NCBI RefSeq assembly: GCF_963921235.1
Contig: NC_086097.1
Coordinates: forward strand, 47,060,001-47,124,000
Direction: 5' to 3'
DNA from: Mobula hypostoma
Lineage: Eukaryota
DNA length: 64,000 nucleotides
Shown: in pieces, positions 11,880 through 25,839 of the stretch
Layout: every line of letters starts with the position of its first letter
How positions within the stretch are numbered: the stretch's first letter is position 1
The notes under the pieces: model-generated
Databases searched by the model: none
What the model was told of the DNA's origin: nothing
The model's input: the letters and a program-made list of their open reading frames with translations, nothing else
Position numbers and translations under genes: made by a program

Positions 11880-13840
11880 TTCCCGATGACATAATTGTCA
11901 TTGGCTGATTCAAGGATGGTGACAATTCAGGATATAGGAGGGAGATTGAAAATCTGACTTTGGGATTGAAAATCCACAACAGCCTCTCACTCAATGTCAG
12001 CAAGACCAAGATAATTGCTGACTTCAAGAGGAAGAAACCAGAGGTCTATGAGTCAGTCCTCATCAGGGGATCAAAGGTAGAGAGAGTCAACAATTTTAAA
12101 TTCCTAGGTGTTATCATTTCAAGGGATCAGTCCTGGGTCCACTATGTTAGTGCCATTACGAAGAAAGTTAACTGAGGATCTCCTTACTCAAGGAGAAAAG
12201 GGATGCTCCATTGTTTGGAATGCTGGGGAGTTATTACCAAGCCTGAACAATTACACAAGAACAAAACACAGGAATTCACGTAGTTCTTCACAATCACAAA
12301 TGTCCACAAATACATTCATGACATTGCACAACAAATCAATTCATAACTAACCATTTTCCAGGTGTCAGCGGTCTCCCCCCATCCCCTAAAATGAACACCC
12401 CCACTGTGCAGCATGGAGGATGTGCCGCCACAAGTGGGTACCTTTTTAAAGACACCTCACTCATCAGCTGGGTCCCCTCCCTAAAACAGGAAACAATAAC
12501 AAACAGGGCACATCAACAAATGCCACTGTCCTGAAGTGTGTAAGTCAAAACAAAAGGGTCCATGCTGAGCCTATTAAGCATAGCGCCAGCACTGTCAGAC
12601 AGGCAGAATGAGAATTGCAGGTGGGTTGGGAGTGAGGGGGAAGAAATTAGTTGTGGCAGACCTACTCTGTCACAGGTGGAAAGTATATTGCTTTATGGCC
12701 TGGTACGGAAGCACCAGATCTCATGTACAGAAAAGCCTACAAAATGTAGCAGATACAGCCCAGTCCATTAGGGGTAAAGCCTTCCCCACCATTGAGTACA
12801 TTTACACTGAGTGTTCTCACAGGAAAGCAGCATACATCATTAAGGATCTCCACCATCCTGACCATGCTCCCTTTTCATTGCTGCCATCAGGAAGAAGGGT
12901 TAAGAGTCTCGGGACCTGCGCCACCAGGTTCAGGAACAGTTATTACCCTCAACCATCAGGCTCTTGAACCAGATGGATAACTTCACTCAATTTCACTTGC
13001 CCCATCACTGAACTGTTCCCTCAATCAATGCAAGAAGTATCATAGAAAAGGCGGATGAGAACAGGGCATGGATCCACACTGGAATTATGATGATGTAGCC
13101 ATTAGTGAGACTTTGATGCAGAAGGGTCAGGACTGTCAGCTCAATATTCTGGATGCCGTGTTTTAGAGGTGACAGAATGGGAAGGATTAAAGGAGGAGGG
13201 GTGGTATTACTAGGCAGGGAACAGACTGGAGAACTCATGTAGTGAGGTGTTGTGGGTGGACGTGAGAAATAAGAAAGATATGACCATGTTAATGGGACTA
13301 TATTACAGACCACTTACCAGTCATAGGGATATAGTGGAAAACATTTGTAAAGAGATTGCAGACTGTTGCAAGAAATATAAGGTTGTTATAGCAGGTGATT
13401 TTAACTTTCCGCATACTGTGAAAGGACTAGATGGGATAGAGTTTGTCAAATGTGTTCAGGAGTGCCCTTCATTGGTACTTAGAAGTCCCAATGAGAGAGT
13501 ATGCAAAACGGGATATACTATTAGGGAATGAAACAGGGCAGCTGATGGAAGTTTGTGTAGGGGAATGCAGTGACCAAAATGCCGGTAGTTTCAAAGTAAA
13601 TTTGCAAAACGATAGGATTACCTATGGACTTAAATTTAAGGACTCTTCATCTCTCTTTTTCCCCACTTTCTTATGATTGCATAATGCTTTTTTTTTTGCA
13701 CATTGGTGATTGTCTTGTTGGATGTTTCATTGATTCTGTAGTTCCTTGTATATACTGTAATTGCCTGCAAGAAAACGAATCTCATGGTTGTTTATGGTGA
13801 CATATATGTACTTTGATAATAAATTTACTTTGACCTTTGA
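11880..13840 (+). mobile_element. Rex/Babar-like LINE 3' part, interrupted by an unknown segment (12168-12674) and a CR1 endonuclease fragment (about 13030-13620)
   Basis: LNVSKTKIIADF..VERVNNFKFLG and HPDHAPFSLLPSGRR; the CR1 piece has LWVDVRNKK..GLYYRP..AGDFNFP. Confidence 0.72.
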
Positions 13841-13849
13841 TTTTTTTGC

Positions 13850-14280
13850 ACAGATGTTGGGATCTGTGGTGGATGCTGCTTTCTTGTGGCAGCACTCCAT
13901 GTAAATGTACTCAGTGTTGAGGAGTGCTTTGTCTGTGATGGACTGGGTTGTGTTCATTGCTTTCTGTAGCCTCTTCTGTTCCTGTGCATTAGTGTTCCTA
14001 TACCAGGCCCATGATGCCACCATTTAGGATACTCACCACTGTGCACCTATAGAAAGTTGTCAAAGTTTTTGGTGACATGCCGAATATATGCAAACTTCTA
14101 AGGATGTAAAGGCACTATTGTGCATTCTTTATGTTGATACTTATCTGCTGGTCCCAGGACAGATCCTCCTGAAATTTTGATGCCAAGGGATTAAAAGCTA
14201 CAGCTTCTCCACCTCAGTTTCCCTAATGGACCTCTGGGTTCTACCTCCTGTAGTCAATAATCAGCTTTTTGGTATTGTTG
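13850..14280 (-). mobile_element. Rex/Babar-like LINE fragment
   Basis: ORF 13727..14023 AWYRNTNAQEQKRLQK, paralogous to ORF 12608..12967. Confidence 0.65.
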
Positions 14281-17200
14281 AGTCTTCCAGTGATTATTGG
14301 AGAAATTCTGAATGGAGCCAAAAGGTATAGAATTGGAAAAAAAAATACTAAAATATGGAATATTGCTCTGATGAAGTAGCTGAGGTTGGGCTTTGAGTTG
14401 TCTTAAGCAGGGGAGTGTGACTTGCTTAATTTGCTGAATATAGGCACATATGATAGAAACGTAAGGTAAGCATTGTTCCCAGTGTGATCAGAACATATTG
14501 GCAGTAAAGAGACGCTTTCCTCTGTCATAAGTGTTTTATTGCAGTGTTTTGATTTCATAAACTTAGAACTCCACTGATATTTTTGTAAAATTGATTAGTT
14601 TTAATCTACAAGACATTGACAGAGTCCGTAATCTAGTGGCCGAAAAGGTTATGTTAACTTTATCCTTGCACTGCTCATCATACTTTTCATGTCACCTTGC
14701 ATAAAATATTTGGAAAAACATCCTTTTAAAGAAAGAGATTGCCCTAAAAAGTGATTGTGAGGAATCAACGACGATCCTTTTCAGCTATATGCTCACTTGA
14801 TTATTACTACCTGACATCAAATTTACGGACTCTTATATTTCATAGATTTGTCTGTTTGGATAACTTTCCCTAAGAGAGTCTTTGATCTGTGTGACACAAT
14901 GGCATGGCAATACCACTAAGAATTAGTGATATTTTGAATATTAAGCAACGTCATGATAAAAAATATGACTATATTTCTTTGATTTTAGTCATTTAAAATG
15001 TTTTGGGAATTTATAACATTTTCTAGGCTATGTTTAAATGTCAGTTATTGCTAAATGATGAATGGTTAAATTCTAGGTAAGTCTAAGCCATTGATATTCA
15101 TCTTGTATATTTCATCTAAAATCTGTATTGAGTTATAATTCAATGTGTGCTTTAGGATTGAAATGAAATAAAGAATTGTGTGCTTAAACATTCTTTTTTA
15201 ATGCTTTGATCGTAGAGAGAAATACAATATAATGTTTGGAGGTCAGCCAAGCAAATGAATGTAGAAAGCATTCAGGAGCCCAGAAGCAGGTCTTGTATTT
15301 GTAATCTGGTATAACTGTATCAATTGGGAAGTGAATGCTTCTTGTTATAGAAGGAGAATGCCACTGAACCAATATTGAAAACAGTACTTATTCTCAGCAG
15401 AGTGATTTAGAAAATGTGAGGTTATAGGTGTGAATTATTGATAGCTTCTGAATTTCAGGTCAAAAATAGTTGTGAAAGAATGTACAGTATCAAGATTGGA
15501 ACTGGTTTGTTGTTTGTACCAAGATACAGTGAATAGCTTGTCTTGCATTCTGTTCATACAGATCCAGTCATTGCACAGTGCTTGAGGTAGAACAAGGTAA
15601 AATATTAACAATACAGAAGAAAATGAAACAGCTACAGAGAAAGTGCAGGTAAACAATAAGGTTCAAGATTATAACAAGGTACATTGAGGTTAAGAGACCT
15701 ATTTATCATACTAGGGAACTATTTAATAGTCTTTAAACGGTGGGGTGGAAGCAGTCCTCGAGCCTGGTGGTACATGCTTTCAGGCTTTTGAATCTTCTAC
15801 CCAACAGAAGAGAGGAAAAGAGAGAATGTCCAGGGTGGGCTAGGTCTTTGATTATTCTGGTTGTTCTAATGATGCGGCAAAGTATAGATGGGAGTCCAAG
15901 AAGGGGAGGCTTCAGTTTTATTTATGCAAGAGCTTTGTGAATCTTCTCGTCCTGTACTTTAAACATTTCCTATCTGCTTTAAAATGTTGCATTTAGCATG
16001 ATTTTGCAAGATTCTGAAAGTAGTGAATGTTGTGGGCTACTTTTCCTTTGGCAGATTATTTCCCAGAAAACAAACTCCACGCACATTTTTCTAGCTTGAT
16101 CATTAGATGCTAATTTCAATGTCATCATTTAACATTATTAAAGTTTTATTCTTACTAAACCTTCCCTGCCATATAAATTTTCTATATAATAAGTTCTGCA
16201 TGGATCACTACAGCATACTGCTGGATACAATTTTGATACTTGAGAAAACAGCAAGTGATTGACGTATCTGCTTGTCAATCACTAATCATGAGAATGTAAT
16301 TGTAACAATGAGTTATAGGGCTCATAATTTCATTTCTAGTTTTGGATATTATCTTCTGTTATTAGGAAAATATTTTGTGTATATTGATGGCCTCGTGTTA
16401 ACACACTCCAAATGACAATTTTAAATGTATTCATTAAATTTGGTTGAACCTCACTTGCTAATTTAAAATCATTTTGTTGACCAGCAGCACACTTTCCAAA
16501 TGTACAACATAATGCTTTGGCATGGTACACTCAGTATATTGTGGGAAAGCAGAAATTACCAACCTGATTGTTTTTCATTAAATCTGAAACATTGTGGACT
16601 TTTGAAGGTAATCTTCCTGTCATTTCCCATTTCGCTTCAGTCCTTTCCTACAGTTTTAATTTGCTTTTTTCTCACTGCAATCTACCTACTTGTGGTTCAC
16701 TTTTTTTGGCCTATGTTCAGACTTTTGTGGCATGACTATGGTAAGTCATTGCAAGATGAAGTAGAAAAAGTGTTTTTTTCTATTTCAGTATGCTGTGAGT
16801 TTTTTGTTTTTAGAAGCATTTATTTGCCTTTCCTTGGGAACCAGTAGTTTTTGTACAGTTCTCCAATGTTAATGTGCAAAGCAAATCAATAATTTATGGT
16901 AAATACCAAGATTCACTTGTTAAAACTGCATAGAGATGCTTTAATTTGCATTTCTTTGGCATTGACCTTATCAATTCTGATCATCAATGATTCTGTACTT
17001 GGCCTAGTGGATTAACTTATGTAGATTCCAAATCGCTGTCTCTTTCACTCACTATTTGTGTAATATAGGTTTACTTTTCCTTTACTGTGACTGCCTTTAT
17101 CCCCTGTCTGTCCAATTATTAGTATTGGGACAGACAAAGTATGTATGCAGTTTGATCAGCAATGCCAATGAACGCCAATTTTTCAGTAAAGAAATTGGCT

Positions 17201-18544
17201 TTACTTGGGGTGCCTGTACCAGGTCCAAAAAAAACCCTATTTTTAACACGTATGCTTTAAGTATTGTATCCAGTAATGAGTACTTGGACTTTAAAACACT
17301 GGTGGAAATTGCTTTCAACAATATTTCTAATATTATATTCCTTCTCTCAACATTCTCTTGATTTTAAGTTGACACTGATTTAATCACTGAATTGCCAATT
17401 GTGAAAATGTTTATTTGTCAAATCAGATTACTTAATTATTTTGAACTTCTATATTACATGAGCTCAAAACTTTATTCAAATTAAAAGAGCTCTTCCTGTC
17501 ATCTTTTACATCTGAAGTATTTTATCATACCAATGAATTGCTTCTATACTGATCATATGGCTTTGTCATCTTGCTGCCCAAAACTAGACAAGCAGCAATC
17601 TTTAATTCGGGAATCAAAATCAGAAAGTACAACAGTGAGTCAGTAAGTCAGTTGGCACTTGTGAAAGGAGAAATAGATTAGCATTTCAAGCCAAAGACCC
17701 TTTTTCAGAAACAGGAGAGGAAAAATGCAAGTCAGTTTTCAGTTCAGTTGAAAACTAATTTGGCTTCAGTTAACTAGTCCCGGTAAGGCTATAATTCACT
17801 TTCCACCAGATACTGCTTGAAGTGCTCTTTGTTTACAGAACCTTGTATGTTTTATTTCAGATTTCCAACAGTTAATTTAAGAATTGTACAGTAGTGGAGG
17901 ATATTTCTGGGTATATTTAAACAATGATGAATGTATATACATTTGGAAATATTGAAATTTGCTACATCACAAAGAATTTGGTGTTTTCCCTTTTGAACAG
18001 TTAAAAGTGCAAAAGAGCAGTAAAAATATAGCTTAGCAATTTTATTTTGTCCAAATGGCTTGATAAGTTCATTGTGTCTATTAGGAAGTAAATGAAAGAA
18101 ATAAAGCAAGGACCTCCAGATCAATCAGTGAACAGATGAGAAAATGGACAAGAAAGTTCCCAGGTGTGATCTGTTGTGTGTTCAAATTTAGATGACCTCA
18201 AGTGGATAACTGGTAGAGGCACTACATTTGGTTTTTCTGTCCTTAACTAGATATGATATCCAGCCTTGGTTCCTTCATTTCTTATCTGTGTGGGACAGAG
18301 TTCCTTTGGAACCTCCAACCAATTGAGCAAGGAATTTGAGGGAAGGGGGGAAGTAAATTGTTGTTAACAATTATAACTGAATTAACAGCAACCAAATTTT
18401 TAATTATCTCCTTTTAAAACAAGTAGTATTCATTGATTATTCTTATGTTAAGTGGCATTGTTTATGTGGCTATATTTCTAACATTGTTCAGAAATTTGTT
18501 AACCTATGCTTATCAATATACCAGATCTTCATTTTTGCTTTCAG

Positions 18545-18610
18545 TGAAATTGTTTGAAGTTATTGAAACGGAAAAGACTCTCTATTTAGTGATGGAATAT
18601 GCAAGTGGAG
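18545..18610 (+). CDS. MARK3: MARK3 exon, 66 bp ([22 protein letters not shown]; gatekeeper/hinge)
   Basis: Acceptor tttttgctttcag| and donor GAG|gtaggt; phase 1 to 1; peptide is visible in ORF 18433..18618. Confidence 0.95.
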
Positions 18611-19094
18611 GTAGGTAATACTGTTCAATCTTATTTTGATGAAGATATATTTTTCTGACTTCACTAAGGAAGCTTTGATTATTTTGTTAGCTATATTGTG
18701 TAATTCTCTACAAGTAATACTGAGAATAATCTTTGACCCATCTTCAGCTGGTTTTGTTGTGCTGGATATGTTGATCGTAACACGAAAAAAAATCCTTTCT
18801 TGTTGAATAGTGGCACATGATTTTTAACATAACCCTAACAATTGGGATAAGAGTTTTTGAAAGCTTCATCTGAAGAGCTTTTTCTATATCTTTGTAGAAC
18901 CCCTCATCTCTACTGCAGCTTTGAATTGAATTGTGAATGCTAGATGTAACATTTGCTTGAATCAATAATTGGTTAAGTAAGAGCAACGACTGTATAGTTG
19001 GCCAAAGTGAGCCATAGTTGTGCTAAATTAATATGAACTGATAGAAGCTAGGTTTTGCTAAAGTTTGCTCATGAATTATGAGGGGCAGTAGACA

Positions 19095-22000
19095 CTAGAA
19101 TACTACAGCACAGTACAGGCCCTTTGGCCCTCGATGTTGTGCTGACCCATATATTCCTTAAAAAAAAAACACACTAAACCCACAATACCCCGAAACCCTC
19201 TATTTTTCTTTCATCCATGTGCCTGTTCAAGAGGCTCTTAAATACCCTCCACCACCATCCCTGGCAAGTCATTCCAGGCACCCACAGCCCTCTGTGTAAA
19301 AAACGTACCCCTGCTGTCTCCCCTAAACTTCCCTCCCTTAACTTTGTACATATGCCCGCTGGTGTTTGCTATTCGTGCCCTGGGAAACAGGTACTGGCTA
19401 TCCACCCTATCTATGCCTCTCATAATCTTGTAGACCTCTATCAAGTACCCTCTCATCCTTCTATGCTCCAAAGAAAAAAGTCCCACCTCTGCTAACCTTG
19501 CCTCATAAGACTTGTTTCCCAATCTAGGCAACATCCTGGTAAACCACCTCTGCACCCTCTCCATAGCTTCCACATCCTTCCTATAATGAGGTGACCAGAA
19601 CTGAAAACAATACTCTAAGTGTGGTCTCACCAGAGATTTGTAGAGTTGCAACATGACCTCTCTACTCTTGAACTCAGTCCCCCTATTAATGAAGCCTAGA
19701 ATCCCATAGGCCTTCTTAACTACCCTATCAACCTGTGCAGCAACCTTGAGGGATGTATGGATTTGAACCCCAAGGTCCCTCTGTTCATTCACACTCTGAA
19801 GTAACCGACCATTAACTCTGTGCTCAGCCTTCTGGTTTGATCTTCCAAAATGCATCACCTCACACTTATCCGGATTGAACTCCATCTGCCACTTTTCTGC
19901 CCAACTCTGCATCCTGTCTATATGCTCTTGTAACTTTCGACAGCCTACAGCTCCATCCACAACTCCTCCAATCTTCATGTCGTCCGCAAACTTACTCACC
20001 ATCCTTCCGCCTCTTCATCCAGGCCATTTATAAAAATCACAAAGAGCCCGGGTCCTGGGACAGATCCTTGCGGCACTCCACTAGTCACCGACCTCCAGGC
20101 AGAACACTTTCCTTCCACTACTACCCTCTGCTTTCTTCCTTTAAGCCAATTTTTTATCCAAACAGCTAAGGTTCCACTGATCCCATGCCCCATGACTTTC
20201 TGGATGAGGCTCGTGGGGGACCTTGTCAAATGCCTTGCTAAAATCCATGTAGACCACATCTACCGCCCTACCCTCATCAATTTCTTTTGTTACCTCTTCA
20301 AGAAACTCAATTAGGCTCGTGAGGCACGACCTTCCCTTCACAAAACCATGTTGACTATCCTTGAGTAGACTGTACTTCTCCAAGTGCTTGTAGATCCTAT
20401 TCTTAAGAATCCTTTCCAATAGTTTGCAGACCACCGACGTAAGACTCACTGGTCTATAGTTCCCAGGATTCTCCCTGTTATCTTTTTTAAACAAGGGAAC
20501 TACATTTACCATTCTCCAATCCTCCGGCACCTCCCCTGCAGCCAAAGAGGATTCAAAGATCATAGCTACTGCTCCAGCGATCTCTTCTCTCACTTCCCAC
20601 AGCAACCTGGGATATATCACGTCCGGCCCTGGGGACTTATCAATCTTGATGTTTTTACGAAGATCCAACACTTCTTGTTCCTTAATCTCCATATTGTCCA
20701 GCACACAGGCCTGTTCTACTTTGACCTCACCCTGATCAAGGTCCTTTTCACTTGTGAATACTGAAGCAAAATATTCATTTAGGACCTCCCCAGCCTCCTC
20801 TGCCTCCAGGCACATGTTGCCTTCTTTATCCTTTAGCAGCCCCACCTTCATTCTTGTCATCCTTCTGTTCTTCACATACGCATAAAATGCCTTGGGGTTC
20901 TCCTTCATCCTGTATGCCAAGGCCTTCTCATGCCCCCTTTGAGCTCTCCTAAGTCCTTTGGACTGATGTGTGCGTTTTGGTCCCCTAATCTGAGGAAAGA
21001 CATTCTTGCCATAGAGGGAGTACAAAGAAGGTTCACCAGATTGATTCCTGGGATGGCAGGACTTTCATATGAAGAAAGGCTGGATCGACTAGGCTTATAC
21101 TCGCTGGAATTTAGAAGATTGAGGGGGGATCTTATTGAAACTTATAAAATTCTAAAGGGATTGGACAGGCTAGATGCAGGAAGATTGTTCCCAATGTTGG
21201 GGAAGTCCAGAACGAAGGGTCACAGTTTAAGGATAAAGGGGAAGCCTTTTAGGACCGACATGAAAAACTTCTTCACACAGAGAGTGGTGAATCTGTGGAA
21301 TTCTCTGCCACAGGAAACAGTTGAGGCCAGTTCATTGGCTATATTTAAGAGGGAGTTAGATATGGCTCTTGTGGCTAAAGGGATCAGGGGGTATGGAGAG
21401 AAAGCAGGTACGGGGTCTGAGTTGGATGATCAGCCATGATCATACTGAATGGCGGTGCAAGCTCGAAGGGCCGAATAGCCTACGCCTGCACCTATTTCCT
21501 ATTTATCTAAAGCTTCTTCCTGGCTACCCTATATTTCTCATGAGTCCTTCCTGCTTCCTGCTTCTTATATCTAACATGTGCTTCCTTCTTCCTCCTGACG
21601 AGTTGCCTCACGTGTTTCGTCAGCTCCCTTTTCCTACCATTTTTTCTTTGTCTCAGTGGGACAAACCTATCCTGAACCCAGCACAGGTGGTCCCTAAACT
21701 TCCTCCACATTACTTCTGTGCTTTCACCCTTAAACATCTGTTTCCAATTTACTCTCGCTAGTTCCTGCCTCATCCCTTCATAGTTAGCCCTTCCCCAGTT
21801 AAGCACTTTCCTATTTTGTCTGTTTTTATCCTTTTCCATAGCTATGCTGAAGCTAAGGGGGTTGTGGTCACTCTCACCAAAATGCTCCCCCACCAAGAGG
21901 TCTGCCACCTGATCAGGTTCATTATGCAGAACTAGATCCAGTATGGTCTCTCCTCTCGTTGGCTGGTCCACATACTGTGTCAGGAATCCTTCTTGAACAC

Positions 22001-22338
22001 TCCTGACAATTTCAGCCCCATCTATCTCCCTTGCAGTCAGGAGGTGCCAGTCAATATGAGGGAAGTTGAAATCACCCATAACTACAACCCTGTATTTCCT
22101 GCACTATTCTAAAATCTGCCTGCTTATCCGCTCCTCGGTGTCCCGAGGGCTATTTGGGGGCCTATGGACTACTCCCAGCACAGTGACTGATCCCTTCCTA
22201 TTTCTGACTTCCACCCACACCGACTCAGTGGACACTCCCTCTGCAGCGCCCCCCCTTTCTCTAGCTGTGATACTATCCCTGACCAGTAATGCTACTTCCC
22301 CCCACCCCCACCTCCCATCCCATTCCTTTTAAAACACC
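19095..22338 (-). mobile_element. CR1 LINE (endonuclease + RT + 3' tail), interrupted by a + strand CR1 fragment
   Basis: ORFs 21507..22079 (GDFNFP, APE), 20141..21025 ([21 protein letters not shown]) and 19238..20002 (FADD). Confidence 0.93.
20962..21505 (+). mobile_element. Young CR1 3' fragment nested in an older CR1
   Basis: Open frame FWSPNLRKDILAIEGVQRRFTRLIPG; close nucleotide match to 35607-36140. Confidence 0.9.
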
Positions 22339-23024
22339 TATTAGATTATTAGATTGAATAGGAACATTCAATCATAACTCTGAACTATAAAATATTAAAA
22401 ATATAAAAGGAAAATTGGTTTTGATCAGAATTTTTGGGTGTTTGAAATTTAGTAACTGAAAGGTGATAGAGGCAGAGACTCGTTGCATTACAAAAAATCT
22501 TGAGTGAGTAATACGTGATGAAAAGTTGATTAGGTTGCGTGCTTTTTGTGAGACCAATGAAATTTAAATTAACTTGATGCATTATTTATTTGAAATATTG
22601 ACATATGTATGGAGTTAAGTTAGAAGTTTTAAGATAATAGTACATTACATAAAATATTTTCCCACTGAATATTTTTTAAATTAACACTCATTTTTTTCAG
22701 GACTGGAGTGTTTGTTCAATAATGCAAACTAGTTAAACTCATTTACACTTCAAGGCTTGAAATTTTTGATGATTTTTTACAATGATTATAAAACAATGAG
22801 AAAATGTGAATAAAATAAGCTTCATTCATTTTAAATCATTAATTCTGTTACGATTTTATCTGTAAATTTTTCAACGAAGCCCCATGTGTGGATCTCCAGA
22901 TAGCTGGATCTCATTGTCAGCATTTTCTAGATTTGTGTTAAGCCATATGTGTATATTCTAGAAGGTTCTGACAATTTTGCTGTAATGGCAACAAATGTCA
23001 TCATACAACCATAAAATTCATTTT

Positions 23025-23330
23025 TATTTTTATTTATTTAGAGATACTGTGCTGCCTCAGCAACCCCTGACACCCTGCCCTACCCCTAACCTAAATGGGA
23101 CAATTTATTATCACTAATTATCTGCTAACTGGTACATCTTTGGACTGTGGGAGAAAACCCATGCATTCCATGACAGACATCTTGAATGTTACACTGAAAA
23201 TGAAGATTTGTAGAATGCAATCGTCAACAGCATGGTATGAAGGCAGTCCATTCTCTGCACTAGGTGTCTGTACAGAGACCCTTTACAGAGGATGCCGGAA
23301 TTGAATGTTAACCACTATGCTACCTTGGTG
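23025..23330 (-). mobile_element. V-SINE-like (HE1-type) element carrying an inserted Tigger fragment
   Basis: Paralogous to 37162-37440 and 63418-63700. Confidence 0.6.
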
Positions 23331-23384
23331 TCCTATTTGTGTGAACTAGAGATCTGAAAATAAAATGGATGCAAATTTTTGGTA

Positions 23385-24190
23385 CAGTGGATTCCAGTTA
23401 ATTGGTGCATCGGTTAATCAGGGCAACGTTTATTTGGGACAACCGTTAAATGACAAAAACGAATTGAGAAAATAGACAGGATGCCCTTCGTTTATTTAGG
23501 ACTCTATGCTGTTTAATTGAGGCAAGAGACTTGCCGAGCAGTTTCTAACTAGTGTTCTGTGCACTTGCATAGTTGTTAGATTGAACACTGTGCTTTGATC
23601 AAACAGTTTTAAATAGTGTCATTTGTGTGTAGTTCTGTTCAAAAAGCAGCGATTTTTGTCACTGATAGTTGGCAAGAAATAAGCAATGAGACAATTCTGA
23701 ACTGTTTTGGTCAATGCGATTTCAAGCTTTCAGGCTTGGAGATGCCAGCAATAACCAGGAGCGAAAATGAAACAATTTCATTACTTCGAGCTATGAACTA
23801 CAAAGAATTTGAACGATTTTGAGGAATCTTGAATGTTACACTGAAAATGAAGATTTGGAGGATGCATTCGTGGACAGCATTGTATGAAGGCAGTCCATTA
23901 TCTGCACTAGGCGTCTGCGCTGATTTTGATAATTTACAGCCAAAAGAACACGACATGGATAATTCCTCTGTCAATAAGTATTAGGAGCTATTAGCTTTAT
24001 AGTAATGCAGTGGTATTGGCAGAGTTCGAGTTTGTTCTGTTTTTCATTTAAATACATAGATTGTTACTCAGTTTGTGTTTTTTTAAATACCTTTTTAACT
24101 ATTTCCATGAAACTTAAGCTAATTGGGGCAGCAGCTTAATTGGACCAAATTTACTGGTCCCAATGTGTCCCAATTAGCTGAAATCTACTG
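23385..24190 (+). mobile_element. Tigger/pogo-derived non-autonomous element
   Basis: TIRs CAGTGGATTCCAGTTAATTGG vs CAGTAGATTTCAGCTAATTGG; TA TSD; transposase tail remnant DSWQEISNETILNCF. Confidence 0.8.
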
Positions 24191-24469
24191 TATTCAGACA
24201 TTTTTAGCATGGTAAGGATTTTATTGCCTCTGTTTAGTTGTCCTTGAGCTGCTTTTTTTTAACCACTTGCAGTCCATGGAGTGAATGTACTCAGGTTGTA
24301 CTCTATCCTTGGGTTTCATTACTATACCATCTACTCTATATTAGGAATGCAAATGATGTAAGAGTTTTCTTTAATACGCTGAAAGTCAGTTTAATAATTT
24401 CATTTCACACAGTTGAGTGTTGCTTTATTTCAATGTGATTTAGTCTTGTTAATTGCAATCACCAGAGAA

Positions 24470-25310
24470 TCGAGTTCCACCCCCAGAACAGATCCAGCCT
24501 TTCTGACTAGCTTATCGACCTTCTTGTTGTCAGTTGCTCTCACCCTGCTGCCCCAGCAGACTACAGCATAGAATAGAATGCTGGCACCACTGAGTCGTAG
24601 AACATCTGTAGTATAGTAATGGAGATGTTGAATTATCAGAGCCGCTTCAGGAAGTGCAGTTGGCTCTGTCCCTTCTTGTACAGAGCCCCTGTATTTTAAG
24701 TCCAGTCCAGTTTATTTTCCAGGTGAGTTCCCAGGTACTTATAGCCTTGGACAACTTCTACATCTTTTCCCTTGATGGAGATGGGAATGCAGGGTGGTTT
24801 CACCTTCCTGAAGTCCACCACCAACTCCTTTGTCCTAGTGATGTTGAGCTGCAGGTGCTTCAGCCTACACCACTCAACAAAGTTGCCCACCACTCTTCTG
24901 TACTCAGCCTCTTGATCTCGGCTAATACAATCCACAACTGTTAAATCATCCAAAAGCTTCTGCAAATGGCAGGACTCCGAGTTGTATTTGAAGTTGGAGG
25001 AGTAGACAGTCCCCTGTGCTACTAAACAGTATCTAACACACGGCTCTGCAATCTCACATATTGTGGCCATCTGAACAGGTGGTCTGTAATCCAGGACACT
25101 AATGGAGCATCCATCTGCACTTCCATGAGCTTACTCCCTTGTAAAGCAGGTCGTATGGTGTTAAAAGCACTGAAGAAGTCAAAGAACATGATTCTCCCAG
25201 TGCTGCCTGGCTCATGTAGATGGGTGTAAGCCTGTTGAAGCAGGAAGATAATGGTGTCCTCAATACCAGTATGTGGCTCATAAGCAAACTGCAGGGGGTC
25301 TGGTGATGGA
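24470..25310 (-). mobile_element. Rex/Babar-like LINE RT fragment
   Basis: ORF 24696..25070 CHLQKLLDD..FVEWC..LNITRTKELVVDFRK..YKYLG. Confidence 0.8.
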
Positions 25311-25402
25311 TTTACAATGTTAATTGCTACAGTGGTCTTTTACACATCTTAATTAGCAAAATGTAGATATATTTGATGTTTTTAATAAAAAATTTTAATT
25401 GA

Positions 25403-25540
<138 letters not shown>

Positions 25541-25839
25541 TAAATTTTAAATATATTTGACTAATAAAGCAAATATGGGGGCTATGCACTTAAAAACTAT
25601 AAGCAACTTGCTAGTTATCAGTTTATTAAAATCGTGGTCAGTAGCTTAGTTTTGTATATTCATGACAGGAGAATTGGGTTATACATACAATATTATCACA
25701 GTATATTATTTATTCAGTGAGAGATGCAAAGGCAAATGTTAAGTTCTAGTAGGAAACTTAAGCTGATTTCTATTTATTTCATTCATGACAATACTGGAAT
25801 GAAAGGTAATTTCCTTCCTTAGAAAAGGAATTCTTAATA

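Noticed and set aside
11359..12027. 222-aa minus-strand ORF
   Set aside because: It spans three unrelated repeat pieces; a chance open frame.
16500..17361. Hydrophobic ORFs of 115 and 101 aa
   Set aside because: T-rich intron translation with no recognisable family or exon support.
17680..17830. Minus-strand hammerhead-like sequence (also near 36390-36422 and 9208-9245)
   Set aside because: Core boxes are mutated (e.g. CTGAAAA, CTGGCAA, CTGATAGA); these look like old Penelope remnants and are unlikely to be catalytic.
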